From contig CAZDWF010000003.1 of the NCBI GenBank assembly GCA_964508895.1, positions 1 to 63,217 of the forward strand: 63,217 nucleotides of DNA. Reading direction: 5' to 3'. Made by a program: the position numbers and the translations under genes. Shown one piece after another: positions 30,533 to 39,583 of this stretch (positions are counted from its first letter, which is position 1; each line of letters starts with the position of its first letter). The notes beneath the pieces were generated by a model. That model was not told where the DNA came from and made no database searches. It saw only the letters and a program-made list of their open reading frames with translations. This DNA is from an uncultured Bacteroidales bacterium (GTDB taxonomy: Bacteria; Bacteroidota; Bacteroidia; Bacteroidales; B18-G4).

Positions 30533-31438
30533 ATGAGATATTTTTTACTTTCTCTGATTACAGGATATCTTACACTTGGTTTCATTAATGTTTCAGCACA
30601 AGATACAATCATATTAGAAGCTTCGAAAGATGCTTTGATCAGATATTATGATTTATCAGGTGACACTAACAATTATGGTGATTATGAATATTTAAATATG
30701 CATGCCTGGACAAATAGCGGGAAATATATCGTACATCGCAGCCTGATTGATTTTGATCTTTCTGAAATAACTTGCGATTCTATTAATTCAGCAACATTAT
30801 TGTTATTCAGTGATACTTTATCGCAGCAGTATCCAGAAGGACATATATATTTATATTACTGGCCTGATAATGCTTGTATTATTCAGAGAATTATTGAACC
30901 CTGGGAAGAGTTTGAAGTTAACTGGATTAATCGTGCCGATGTAACATTTCAGAATGAAATATATGTTGGTCCCAGTTCCAAGAGTTTTCAAAACTATATG
31001 ATAAATGTTACTGATCTTGTTCAGGATATGATAAATGAACCTGATAAAAGTCATGGCTTTTCCATAAGATTAAGAGTTGAAAGCTATTATTCCAGGATGG
31101 TATTTGCTTCTTCAGATAATGCGTCAGAAGAATTCCATCCAAAATTAAAAATTGAGTGTCTGACAACGAAAATCAATGAACTTGCGGTTGATTCCAAATT
31201 TCATATATATCCAAACCCTGCATCAGATATTTGTACTATTACTCTCAATAAGGAAGAAACTGACATACCATATTTTATAAGAATATCTAATAGTGCAGGT
31301 CAAATAATCAGACGATTTGATAATGTAGTAAGCAATAAATTAAAATTGAATATAAGCGATTTAGATAAAGGCATATACACTATTTCAGCTTATCAGAACA
31401 ATGCTATATGTGGTACAGCATCTTTGGTGGTTCAATAA
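30533..31438 (+). CDS. DNRLRE-like domain secreted protein with T9SS type A CTD
   Basis: N-terminal module (EASKDALIRYYD ... NYGDYEYLNMHAWT ... HRSLIDFDLS ... ATLLLF) shared with the ORFs at 48727 and 50588; CTD HIYPNPASDICTI. Confidence 0.6.
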   Translation: MRYFLLSLITGYLTLGFINVSAQDTIILEASKDALIRYYDLSGDTNNYGDYEYLNMHAWTNSGKYIVHRSLIDFDLSEITCDSINSATLLLFSDTLSQQYPEGHIYLYYWPDNACIIQRIIEPWEEFEVNWINRADVTFQNEIYVGPSSKSFQNYMINVTDLVQDMINEPDKSHGFSIRLRVESYYSRMVFASSDNASEEFHPKLKIECLTTKINELAVDSKFHIYPNPASDICTITLNKEETDIPYFIRISNSAGQIIRRFDNVVSNKLKLNISDLDKGIYTISAYQNNAICGTASLVVQ

Positions 31439-31486
31439 AAAAATCGGACATTAACCTCGTTACACCTTCCGCGTCACGATTTAAAA

Positions 31487-33844
31487 CTAATAAGTAACAA
31501 ACTTCACTGTTTCGCTACCTCTTCCATTCTCCACAGTTACAAAATAAACACCTTTTGGATAATTACTCATGTTTATGGTATTGGTATAACTACCATTGAT
31601 CTTTCCTAATCTGAAAGTGAAAACATTTTGTCCTTCCACGCTAAAGATCTTCATTGTGACATCACTTTCATAATCTGATGAAACTGAAATATTAAACAAA
31701 CCATTATTCGGATTTGGAATTACTTTCAGGCCAATCTTTTCTGCATTTGCTTCATTAACTCCTGTACATTCATCAACAGTAACAAAGATATCATCAGTAT
31801 CGGGATCATCTGCACATTCAAGGCTTTTTGCAGTTAGTGATAAAACTACATTTCCTGCAGAAATATCCCCAGGGCCTGCTGTATAAATTGCGTTCAGAAG
31901 AATATCATCATCAAATGTTCCATCTCCGTTCGTAGTCCATAGTAAGGAATCGTAATTACTTGCTGTTGCACCTGCCAGCAATAATGTTTCGCCAATACAA
32001 TATAAAGTATCATTTCCTGCAAAAGCTTCTGGCAAAAGATCGATATAAACGATCAGGCTATCTGATGCCACAAAATTTGGTTCATATCCCTGAGCAGTTA
32101 GCTTCAGCTGAACCTCTCCATTTATAATATCATCATTTCCCCTTAAATAAAAAGTATTAACAGATGAAGCATTCTGAAAAATACCATCACCGGTAGTTGT
32201 CCATAGTACCGAAGACTGGCTTGTAACAACAGCATTTGTATTATAAAGTTCTTCTTCACAAACTGTATCATTGGGTCCAACATCTACAGTAGGTGGCATC
32301 AATGGTGACAGGTCGAAAGAAGAAATACGCGTTCCCCACCCTGATGCTTTCCTGTATTCCTGTGTAAACCAGAAAGTTGAATCGTCGACAGGATCTACTG
32401 ACATGCAGGCATAATCTCCCCAGCGGCTAATTCCCGACTGAGAACTAAGCCCACTAACCAATTCAATCTCGGCAAAAGTCATTTGTCCTAAGGGATCACC
32501 TGCTCTTCTAGCGGTATATCTGATTGAAGGATAAACAGAAGAACTTGACACGGAATATCCAATAGCAATATCTCCATTGCCATTCATAGCAGCGCTACCC
32601 ATCCATCGGTTCTCCCCATCAGGAGAATATGTACTCTGCTGGTAAATTGACCAGTCTGAAGCAGTCTTTCTCATCTCATACCATCTAACTCCTGCCTTGC
32701 TACTATGATTCACAGTATGGTTGGTAACAAGAGTTTCGTAAGATCCGAAGTTTCTGTATTGTAATCTGTTCATCAGAAAAAATGCCAGGTCATCAAGTTT
32801 TGTGCTGGTTCCTGGCTGTGAGATTCCATTCAAACTTGAGTTATATGATGTTGGAGATAAAGTGTTCTTCAAAGTAAAAGTTGAATTACTAGTATTATTC
32901 CAATCTACATCAAACTCATAGATCTCCAGGTTATGATTCCCACTAGTAAGAAGATGAGCATAATAACAAGGTGCCCCGGTTGGCGGAGGAGTACCATCAA
33001 AATCTGAGGGAAGCATACCAAATGTACCTGCAGGTCTATCGAAATAAACCATATTGGCGTTTGGGTCACCTACAAGCATCTTATCTCTTTCCAGGGCAGC
33101 AACACCAACCCTTGTGTAAGATCCAAACATATTAAAGGAAAAATAATATCCATCAGGCCAGATTGCCATTTTGGGGTAATCGTTAAAAGCAAAAAACTGA
33201 AATGCATATCTGTAATAAGAACCCAGAGGGTCACCTGTTTCAGAAACTGCAATCAGCTCCCAATATGTACCATTACTTGTATTTATTGCAAACTGTGTTG
33301 CAACCCAACGATCAGCAAGCTCATCATACATGACAATTGGATCGCCATCGTTAGTACCTGTCCACGGTCCAATAAATCCCTGCCAGAGAGTACTGTTATC
33401 CACAGGTCCATATAATTTATTTCCATTTTTATCCCAGATGGCATAAGCAAGGTTGATCATTTGAAAATAATGATCAGGGCCAACATCTCCGTCAGTATCA
33501 GGAGGGTATACTCCACTTACATTACCAACACCATCGAAGTTAAGCAATGGTCCGGTAACTCCTCTTGAAGAGCGATTTGTTTGAATGGCACCATCAGGAG
33601 CGTTATTTGGATTATTCCGAACTGATTCATGCATCTTTTCTTCAAAAAGTGATTCATTAGGTATTATATTGTCTTTCCAGCTTCTGTCTCTTTCTCCTGG
33701 CATGATAATAGGCATATCACGTAAAGGAGGAGTTTTGTCAAAGTAAACAGCTTTCTGAACATAAGTGGGGCCATCAGGATTATCCTGAGAAAAAACCACA
33801 ACAGCAATAAAGAAAGCCAGTAGTAATAAGGTTGTTTGTTTCAT
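31487..33844 (-). CDS. Secreted T9SS cargo protein, paralog B (unknown conserved N-terminal domain)
   Basis: Same architecture as 27933-30350, with long identical peptide runs (GPLLNFDGVGNVSGVYPPDTDGDVGPDHYFQMINLA; GPWTGTNDGDPIV); T9SS type A CTD. Confidence 0.75.
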   Translation of the reverse strand: MKQTTLLLLAFFIAVVVFSQDNPDGPTYVQKAVYFDKTPPLRDMPIIMPGERDRSWKDNIIPNESLFEEKMHESVRNNPNNAPDGAIQTNRSSRGVTGPLLNFDGVGNVSGVYPPDTDGDVGPDHYFQMINLAYAIWDKNGNKLYGPVDNSTLWQGFIGPWTGTNDGDPIVMYDELADRWVATQFAINTSNGTYWELIAVSETGDPLGSYYRYAFQFFAFNDYPKMAIWPDGYYFSFNMFGSYTRVGVAALERDKMLVGDPNANMVYFDRPAGTFGMLPSDFDGTPPPTGAPCYYAHLLTSGNHNLEIYEFDVDWNNTSNSTFTLKNTLSPTSYNSSLNGISQPGTSTKLDDLAFFLMNRLQYRNFGSYETLVTNHTVNHSSKAGVRWYEMRKTASDWSIYQQSTYSPDGENRWMGSAAMNGNGDIAIGYSVSSSSVYPSIRYTARRAGDPLGQMTFAEIELVSGLSSQSGISRWGDYACMSVDPVDDSTFWFTQEYRKASGWGTRISSFDLSPLMPPTVDVGPNDTVCEEELYNTNAVVTSQSSVLWTTTGDGIFQNASSVNTFYLRGNDDIINGEVQLKLTAQGYEPNFVASDSLIVYIDLLPEAFAGNDTLYCIGETLLLAGATASNYDSLLWTTNGDGTFDDDILLNAIYTAGPGDISAGNVVLSLTAKSLECADDPDTDDIFVTVDECTGVNEANAEKIGLKVIPNPNNGLFNISVSSDYESDVTMKIFSVEGQNVFTFRLGKINGSYTNTINMSNYPKGVYFVTVENGRGSETVKFVTY

Positions 33845-33929
33845 AGTTGAAATAATATTATTTTAATAATCAACAATAAATTGAATGAAAAGTTTAATAA
33901 ATAAGGTGTAATATTTTCTTTTGGCAGGC

Positions 33930-34349
33930 TTAATAAACTTTGAAAATATAAGTTTTGCTAAGTTTATTTTTGAGCAAATATAGAATAAAATAATAAGGTA
34001 TTAAAGTAAGTAGTGAAACTATTCCAGCAACTGCTTCATCTTTTGTCAATTCTAAAAGAATTATTAAAGTTGCAAGCAATATTATGAAAGGAAGAAAATA
34101 AGCATAAAGTACAGCTTTGTTTCCTAATGATTTCTCCATATAAACATTTACCTGATCACCTACTTTATATTCTTTATCAGATTTTTTTCTAACATTTATG
34201 GTCTTTTCCTTCATATCTGCAATATTGCACATTGATTTGGCATGGCATGAAGCACAAGCTGATTGTGCCAGTATCATTACTTTGAGTTTATCCTGCTCTA
34301 TTTCCATTATTATTCCAGGATGAGATACAATAGCTTTTTCTTTAGTCAT
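33930..34349 (-). CDS. RseC/MucC family (SoxR-reducing system) protein
   Basis: CASCHAKSMC cysteine motif followed by two TM helices; 139 aa. Confidence 0.7.
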   Translation of the reverse strand: MTKEKAIVSHPGIIMEIEQDKLKVMILAQSACASCHAKSMCNIADMKEKTINVRKKSDKEYKVGDQVNVYMEKSLGNKAVLYAYFLPFIILLATLIILLELTKDEAVAGIVSLLTLIPYYFILYLLKNKLSKTYIFKVY

Positions 34350-34352
34350 GCA

Positions 34353-35063
34353 TTAAGGTATTGAAACTGAAACAGGTAATACTTTACCATTAAAAAATCT
34401 GTTTCCTGTTTGGGCAAAATTACAGATAAATTCAGACATTTCCTCTGCAGTTAAAGGTGGTTTATAATTTGGAAAGGCCTTACGAAGCATTTCTGTATCC
34501 GCTGCACCCAGAGCCAGACAATTGATACTGATGTCTGATTCTTTAAGTTCTTCAGCAAGAGCTTCGGTTAGAATTGCGAGTGCTCCTTTACTTGCGCTGT
34601 ATATTGATAATCCAGGGAACTTCATACTTCCCTGATATCCACCCATACTGCCGATATTAACTATATGTGCCTTTTTGGAAAAATACGGAAACAGGGATTT
34701 GATAAGTTCAAACGGGGCTTTTAGATTCACGTTAAAGGTTTTATCAAAATCGCTGCTACTTATTTCGAAGAAAGGTTTGTTTATAAGAATCCCTGCGTTG
34801 TTAACTAAAATATTCACCTTGCTGATGAATTTTAATATTTCAGGAATTAATTCATCTTCAATCTCTCCGGATGTAATATCGTATTTTATGGCTTGAACTT
34901 TTGTATGCTCATTAATATTCTTACACACTCCCTGTAATGTATGTAAATCCTTAATATTCCTGGAGATCACAATGATTTCATTATTATCATCTCGCGCAAA
35001 CTGTTTCACCAATTCAAACCCAATTCCCCTGCTGGCTCCGGTAATAACGATATTCATATCCAC
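34353..35063 (-). CDS. Short-chain dehydrogenase/reductase (SDR)
   Basis: Cofactor motif TGASRGIG, NNAG, catalytic YSASK. Confidence 0.8.
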   Translation of the reverse strand: MDMNIVITGASRGIGFELVKQFARDDNNEIIVISRNIKDLHTLQGVCKNINEHTKVQAIKYDITSGEIEDELIPEILKFISKVNILVNNAGILINKPFFEISSSDFDKTFNVNLKAPFELIKSLFPYFSKKAHIVNIGSMGGYQGSMKFPGLSIYSASKGALAILTEALAEELKESDISINCLALGAADTEMLRKAFPNYKPPLTAEEMSEFICNFAQTGNRFFNGKVLPVSVSIP

Positions 35064-35100
35064 TAGTTTTATTAAGAATAAAGATAGCTCTTTTTTTTCA

Positions 35101-35108
35101 TATCTTTG
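35101..35108 (+). promoter_or_regulatory. Bacteroidota -7 promoter box TATCTTTG
   Basis: Matches TAnnTTTG, 25 nt before the ATG at 35133. Confidence 0.4.
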
Positions 35109-35132
35109 CTTAAATAGTTAACATCTGCTATT

Positions 35133-35522
35133 ATGAAACAAACAACACTCATAATCAGTTTCATTCTCTTCACTACCATAAACTTAATGGCTCAGGAAGA
35201 TGTCAAGAAAGACATATTTGATGCACTTAACCAGGAAGACATTGAAAAGCTACACCAGAACTTCTATACTACAATAGATCTATCCATTCCAGGATATGAG
35301 AACTCTGCCAGCAAAAATCATGCGAAGCAGATCCTGAAGGAGTTTGTAGGCAAACACCCTTTGAAAACCTATAAACAAAATCATTACGGTACTTCCAAGG
35401 ACGGATCTGTTTACATTATCGGTACATTAAAGGCTGGAAGCAAGACATACAGAACATATTTTTTAATCAAGAAATTTGATGAGAAATTTTATATTGTGCA
35501 ATTGCAATTTGAAGAGCAATAA
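35133..35522 (+). CDS. DUF4783 domain-containing secreted protein
   Basis: Signal peptide. Pattern and position directly upstream of nadC match my recollection of DUF4783. Confidence 0.55.
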   Translation: MKQTTLIISFILFTTINLMAQEDVKKDIFDALNQEDIEKLHQNFYTTIDLSIPGYENSASKNHAKQILKEFVGKHPLKTYKQNHYGTSKDGSVYIIGTLKAGSKTYRTYFLIKKFDEKFYIVQLQFEEQ

Positions 35523-35594
35523 AATTCAGAAGTTTCTGTGATGCGTTTCGCCTCACCATAAATCACCATTAATCACTACAAATAACTTTTTACT

Positions 35595-36434
35595 ATGACA
35601 ACTGAAGAAATCATTGCCGAAGCACTAAGAGAAGACCTTGGTGATGGTGATCACACTTCTATGAGCACTATCCCTGGAACAGCTATTGGTAAAGCTCAGC
35701 TTTTGATAAAAGAAGAAGGAATCCTGGCAGGTGTTAAGCTTGCTCGTATGGTATTCGAAAAAGTAGATAAAGAAATACATTTTAATGAATTTATTCATGA
35801 TGGAGAAACTGTAGAACCTGGCAATGTAGCCTTTATTGTTGAAGGAAAGATTATTTCCCTATTATCCTCCGAAAGGCTTGCACTTAATTTCATGCAAAGA
35901 ATGAGTGGCATTGCATCATATACTCATAAACTTGTTGACTTGATTAAAGATACTAATGCTAAGATACTGGACACCAGGAAAACTACTCCTTTATTAAGAT
36001 ATCTGGAAAAAGAAGCCGTAAAAATTGGTGGAGGCTATAACCACAGAATGGGATTATATGATATGATAATGATAAAAGATAATCATGTTGATTTTGCAGG
36101 AGGAATAAGAGATGCTATTGCAGCAACGCAGGAATATCTAGAAAAAAAAGATAAAAAACTGAAGATAGAAATTGAGGTTAGAAATATTAATGAAATTGAT
36201 GCAGTATTAGAAACAGGTGGTGTCGACCGTATAATGTTCGATAACTTCACGCCCGACATGACAAGAATTGCTGTCAGAATGATAGATGGCAAATATGAAA
36301 CAGAATCATCAGGAGGGATAACTGAAGAAAACATTAGAGCATTTGCAGAGGCAGGAGTTGATTTTATCTCTGTAGGTGCATTAACACATCAGATCAAAAG
36401 TCTTGACATGAGCCTAAAAGCCCTCGGTGAATGA
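35595..36434 (+). CDS. nadC: Nicotinate-nucleotide pyrophosphorylase (carboxylating)
   Basis: QPRTase motifs LDTRKTTP, GGGYNHR, IMIKDNH. Confidence 0.9.
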   Translation: MTTEEIIAEALREDLGDGDHTSMSTIPGTAIGKAQLLIKEEGILAGVKLARMVFEKVDKEIHFNEFIHDGETVEPGNVAFIVEGKIISLLSSERLALNFMQRMSGIASYTHKLVDLIKDTNAKILDTRKTTPLLRYLEKEAVKIGGGYNHRMGLYDMIMIKDNHVDFAGGIRDAIAATQEYLEKKDKKLKIEIEVRNINEIDAVLETGGVDRIMFDNFTPDMTRIAVRMIDGKYETESSGGITEENIRAFAEAGVDFISVGALTHQIKSLDMSLKALGE

Positions 36435-37375
36435 TTGCAAAAAAATCTAAATACAAGGGTTTGATGAAGATCAGGTTGGTAAGGAAGATGAAGGTGGTCG
36501 GTGAGAGATTAGCCCGGAAAATAATTCTGCCTGGCTTCGATGGAATACCACTTTACGATGTAATCTTATTCTTTTTCAAAGGAATTAGAAAAAGTTCCCT
36601 GATCTCAAGGGCCAATAGCCTTTCTTTTACGTTTATGCTTGCAATATTCCCTGCTATCATTTTCTTTTTCACATTAATCCCATATATCCCTGTTGATAAT
36701 CTTCAGGAAACAATACTTCAAAGTCTTTCGAATATAATGCCTGAAAATGCATTTAAAACTGTTGAAAGTACAATCCGTGATCTTATAAGTCTGCACCGTG
36801 GGGGATTATTATCACTGGGATTTTTAATGGCAATATACTTCTCTTCCAACGGAGTGATGGGTATAATGAAAGCCTTCAACCGAACGTCTCATACCATAGA
36901 AACAAGGTCTACACTAATGCTCATTGTAATATCAATTGTTCTGGTAGCCATTATTGTAAGCATTTTGATCATTGCAACTTCATTATTAATTTTTGCTTCA
37001 TACCTTATTAAGCAATATGCCAGTGAAGGCTTAAGTGATGATGGTATTACGCCTATATTAATAATTATTGGAAAATGGGTGTTTACATATTTGTTGATCT
37101 TTATCGTTATATCATTCATCTATTATCTTGCTCCAGCAGGAAAGAGACATTTCAAATTTATTTCTGCCGGATCAACTCTGGCAACTATACTATCACTTCT
37201 TTTTATGATGGGCTTTAATTATTACATCGATAATTTCGCACAATACAATAAATTATATGGATCACTTGGAACACTAATAATACTCATGATCTGGATCAAC
37301 CTCAATGCAATAGCACTATTGATAGGGTTTGAGTTGAATGCCAGCATATTGGATGCAAAGAGGAAAGGCGCATAA
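36431..37375 (+). CDS. YihY/BrkB family membrane protein
   Basis: Polytopic protein with LSFTFMLAIFPAIIFFFTLIPYIP and C-terminal LIGFELNA motifs; 4-nt overlap with nadC. Confidence 0.75.
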   Translation: MIAKKSKYKGLMKIRLVRKMKVVGERLARKIILPGFDGIPLYDVILFFFKGIRKSSLISRANSLSFTFMLAIFPAIIFFFTLIPYIPVDNLQETILQSLSNIMPENAFKTVESTIRDLISLHRGGLLSLGFLMAIYFSSNGVMGIMKAFNRTSHTIETRSTLMLIVISIVLVAIIVSILIIATSLLIFASYLIKQYASEGLSDDGITPILIIIGKWVFTYLLIFIVISFIYYLAPAGKRHFKFISAGSTLATILSLLFMMGFNYYIDNFAQYNKLYGSLGTLIILMIWINLNAIALLIGFELNASILDAKRKGA

Positions 37376-37451
37376 AGATAATGGCATTGATATAAATATT
37401 AGCATCTGAGATTTCTTTTTAACTTTGTATTTAAATAATCGCATAGCATAA

Positions 37452-38333
37452 ATGAAAACCATTTTCCCGAATCTTAATCCTGAAACAATAAAATGGTTTC
37501 TTGAATTCGGTATCCCCAGAAAAAAAATAACTGCACTACAACTCAGAGCAAGTGGATTTAATGAACTTCCTTCTCCTGTATTTTTTCTTTCAACAGGAAG
37601 ATGTGGAACAAAATGGTTTTCAGAACTATTAAAAAAAGGTGATAAGATAAAGGTTTTACATAATCCATATCCCAATCTATTTATTCAGGGAAAAAGAGTT
37701 TATGAAGAATATTGCAGGGATAATGAGAATAGCAGATCTGACTTGATCAAAGAGATATATTTTGCAGGAAGAGAAGAATACCTCAGGTATGCTTATAAAA
37801 CAGAAAAGAGGTTAATTGAAACCAATAATGGTATCACCTTCTTTGCTCCTATACTTGCTGAGTTATTCCCTACTGCATTATTCGTTCATTTATACCGACA
37901 TCCTGGAGAATTTATCAGATCAGGAATCAGAAGAGATTATTTCACTGACAGTGTTGAAGATATCAGGAGAATTTCCCCCCCGGAGGGCTCTCCGGAATAT
38001 AGCAAATGGAAATCATCAGACCAGATTGAAAAAACTTCCTGGTTATGGAATGAAACTAACAGATTTATAGAAAGCTTTAAAGCAAATCATGGACAGCACA
38101 GAACATTTGATTTAAACTTCAATGAATTAAAAGAAGAGAGCGTTCATCAGTTGATCGATTTTCTTGGAATTTCAGGAATTTGTGAACGCAAAGTAAGTAA
38201 CATGCTGTCGAAGAAAATTAATGTTCAGAAATCAGGTAGTTTTAACAAATATGAAAGCTGGAAAGATAAGGATAAAGAGAAGGTAAGGAGAATTTGCGGG
38301 GAATTGGCTGAGAGGTATGGGTATGAGTTGTAA
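37452..38333 (+). CDS. Sulfotransferase family protein
   Basis: PAPS 5'-phosphosulfate-binding loop-like TGRCGTKWF and 3'-phosphate-binding-like LYRHPGEFIRSGIRR. Confidence 0.55.
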   Translation: MKTIFPNLNPETIKWFLEFGIPRKKITALQLRASGFNELPSPVFFLSTGRCGTKWFSELLKKGDKIKVLHNPYPNLFIQGKRVYEEYCRDNENSRSDLIKEIYFAGREEYLRYAYKTEKRLIETNNGITFFAPILAELFPTALFVHLYRHPGEFIRSGIRRDYFTDSVEDIRRISPPEGSPEYSKWKSSDQIEKTSWLWNETNRFIESFKANHGQHRTFDLNFNELKEESVHQLIDFLGISGICERKVSNMLSKKINVQKSGSFNKYESWKDKDKEKVRRICGELAERYGYEL

Positions 38334-38382
38334 TATGTGCACAATTATTAATAAGCAATACCAGGAATAAATTTGTATAATA

Positions 38383-39576
38383 GTGAATCAGAAATTGAGT
38401 GTTACAGAATATCAGAATATATTTCATAAACTCGGAAACTGGATAAAACAAAATGATTATAAGAGTTTTGATGTTTGCGATATAAGCTCCACAAAACTTT
38501 ATTTAACATTAATTGATATTCATAAAAGAAATAAATATGGTAAGTATTTATACTTCCCTTTTGAACAGATAAATAAAAAAGCCCCCTCAACTCTGCGCAA
38601 AATTGCGAACTCAAAAAAGAAGGAATATGCACAAGCATATGCAGTGATATCAAGAGCTTATTCTAATGCATACAAAAAGAATAAAGATAAAGGCTATTTA
38701 GATAATGCAACCCAAGCTATTGAAAAACTATTACCATTAAGGTCTGAAGGATTTGAAAATTATTGCTGGGGACAACCATATGATTGGTATTCAAGAAAGC
38801 TCATACCTTTTAATACTCCACGCGCAACAGTTACATCCCAGGTTGGTTCTGCCCTCCTTGATATATATGAGATCAATAATGATGAAAGATTGCTCAATAT
38901 TGCTAATAGCACGGGGAATTTCTTTATCGAAGACATGGAGATATACAAAGATACTGATGGACATATTTGTTTTCCGTATACTGCAATTGACAATTATAAA
39001 ATCCATAATGCAAGTATGCTTGCTGCAGCATTTTTATACAGGCTTTCCATTTTGACTTCAAATAAAAATTTCCTGGATTATTCCATAAATGCATCTGAAT
39101 TTACCATAAAACATCAAAGGGAAGATGGAGCCTGGCACTATATGGCTCCTCCACACAAAACATTAGGAAAAATAGATAATTATCATACAGGATTTGTTCT
39201 TGAAGCTTTTCTTGATATTAAGAAAGCAGATCCAGACAATTTTCCCTACGATGAAGAGCTGAAAAAAGGCATGAACTTCTATTTACAAAACTTCTTTATT
39301 GATGAGACAATACCCAAAATGACTCCAAAGAAAACCTATCCTCTAGATATACAAAGCTGTGCTCAAAGTATTATCACTCTCGAAGAAGCAAAAATTGTTA
39401 TGGATCTAAATACTAATATTCCAAAAAAGACAACACAATGGACTATTGAGAATTTCTGGGATGATAATAATGATTACTTTTATTATAGGAAATATAAGAG
39501 TGGAAAAATAGATGAAAGTGCTTACATAAGATGGTCTGAATCATGGATGTTAAGAGCATTATCTTACATGATCTAA
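38383..39576 (+). CDS. Hypothetical protein, possibly alpha/alpha-barrel enzyme of glycan metabolism
   Basis: CWGQPYDWYSR ... TSQVGSALLDIYE ... EDGAWHY ... YHTGFVLEAF pattern recalls alpha/alpha toroid proteins found in polysaccharide loci. No confident family call. Confidence 0.3.
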   Translation: MNQKLSVTEYQNIFHKLGNWIKQNDYKSFDVCDISSTKLYLTLIDIHKRNKYGKYLYFPFEQINKKAPSTLRKIANSKKKEYAQAYAVISRAYSNAYKKNKDKGYLDNATQAIEKLLPLRSEGFENYCWGQPYDWYSRKLIPFNTPRATVTSQVGSALLDIYEINNDERLLNIANSTGNFFIEDMEIYKDTDGHICFPYTAIDNYKIHNASMLAAAFLYRLSILTSNKNFLDYSINASEFTIKHQREDGAWHYMAPPHKTLGKIDNYHTGFVLEAFLDIKKADPDNFPYDEELKKGMNFYLQNFFIDETIPKMTPKKTYPLDIQSCAQSIITLEEAKIVMDLNTNIPKKTTQWTIENFWDDNNDYFYYRKYKSGKIDESAYIRWSESWMLRALSYMI

Positions 39577-39583
39577 TCAAATA

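Noticed and set aside
37316-37675. 119-aa minus-strand ORF spanning the YihY-sulfotransferase intergenic region.
   Set aside because: It overlaps the ends of two well-supported plus-strand genes, has no motif, and its translation looks like antisense noise.
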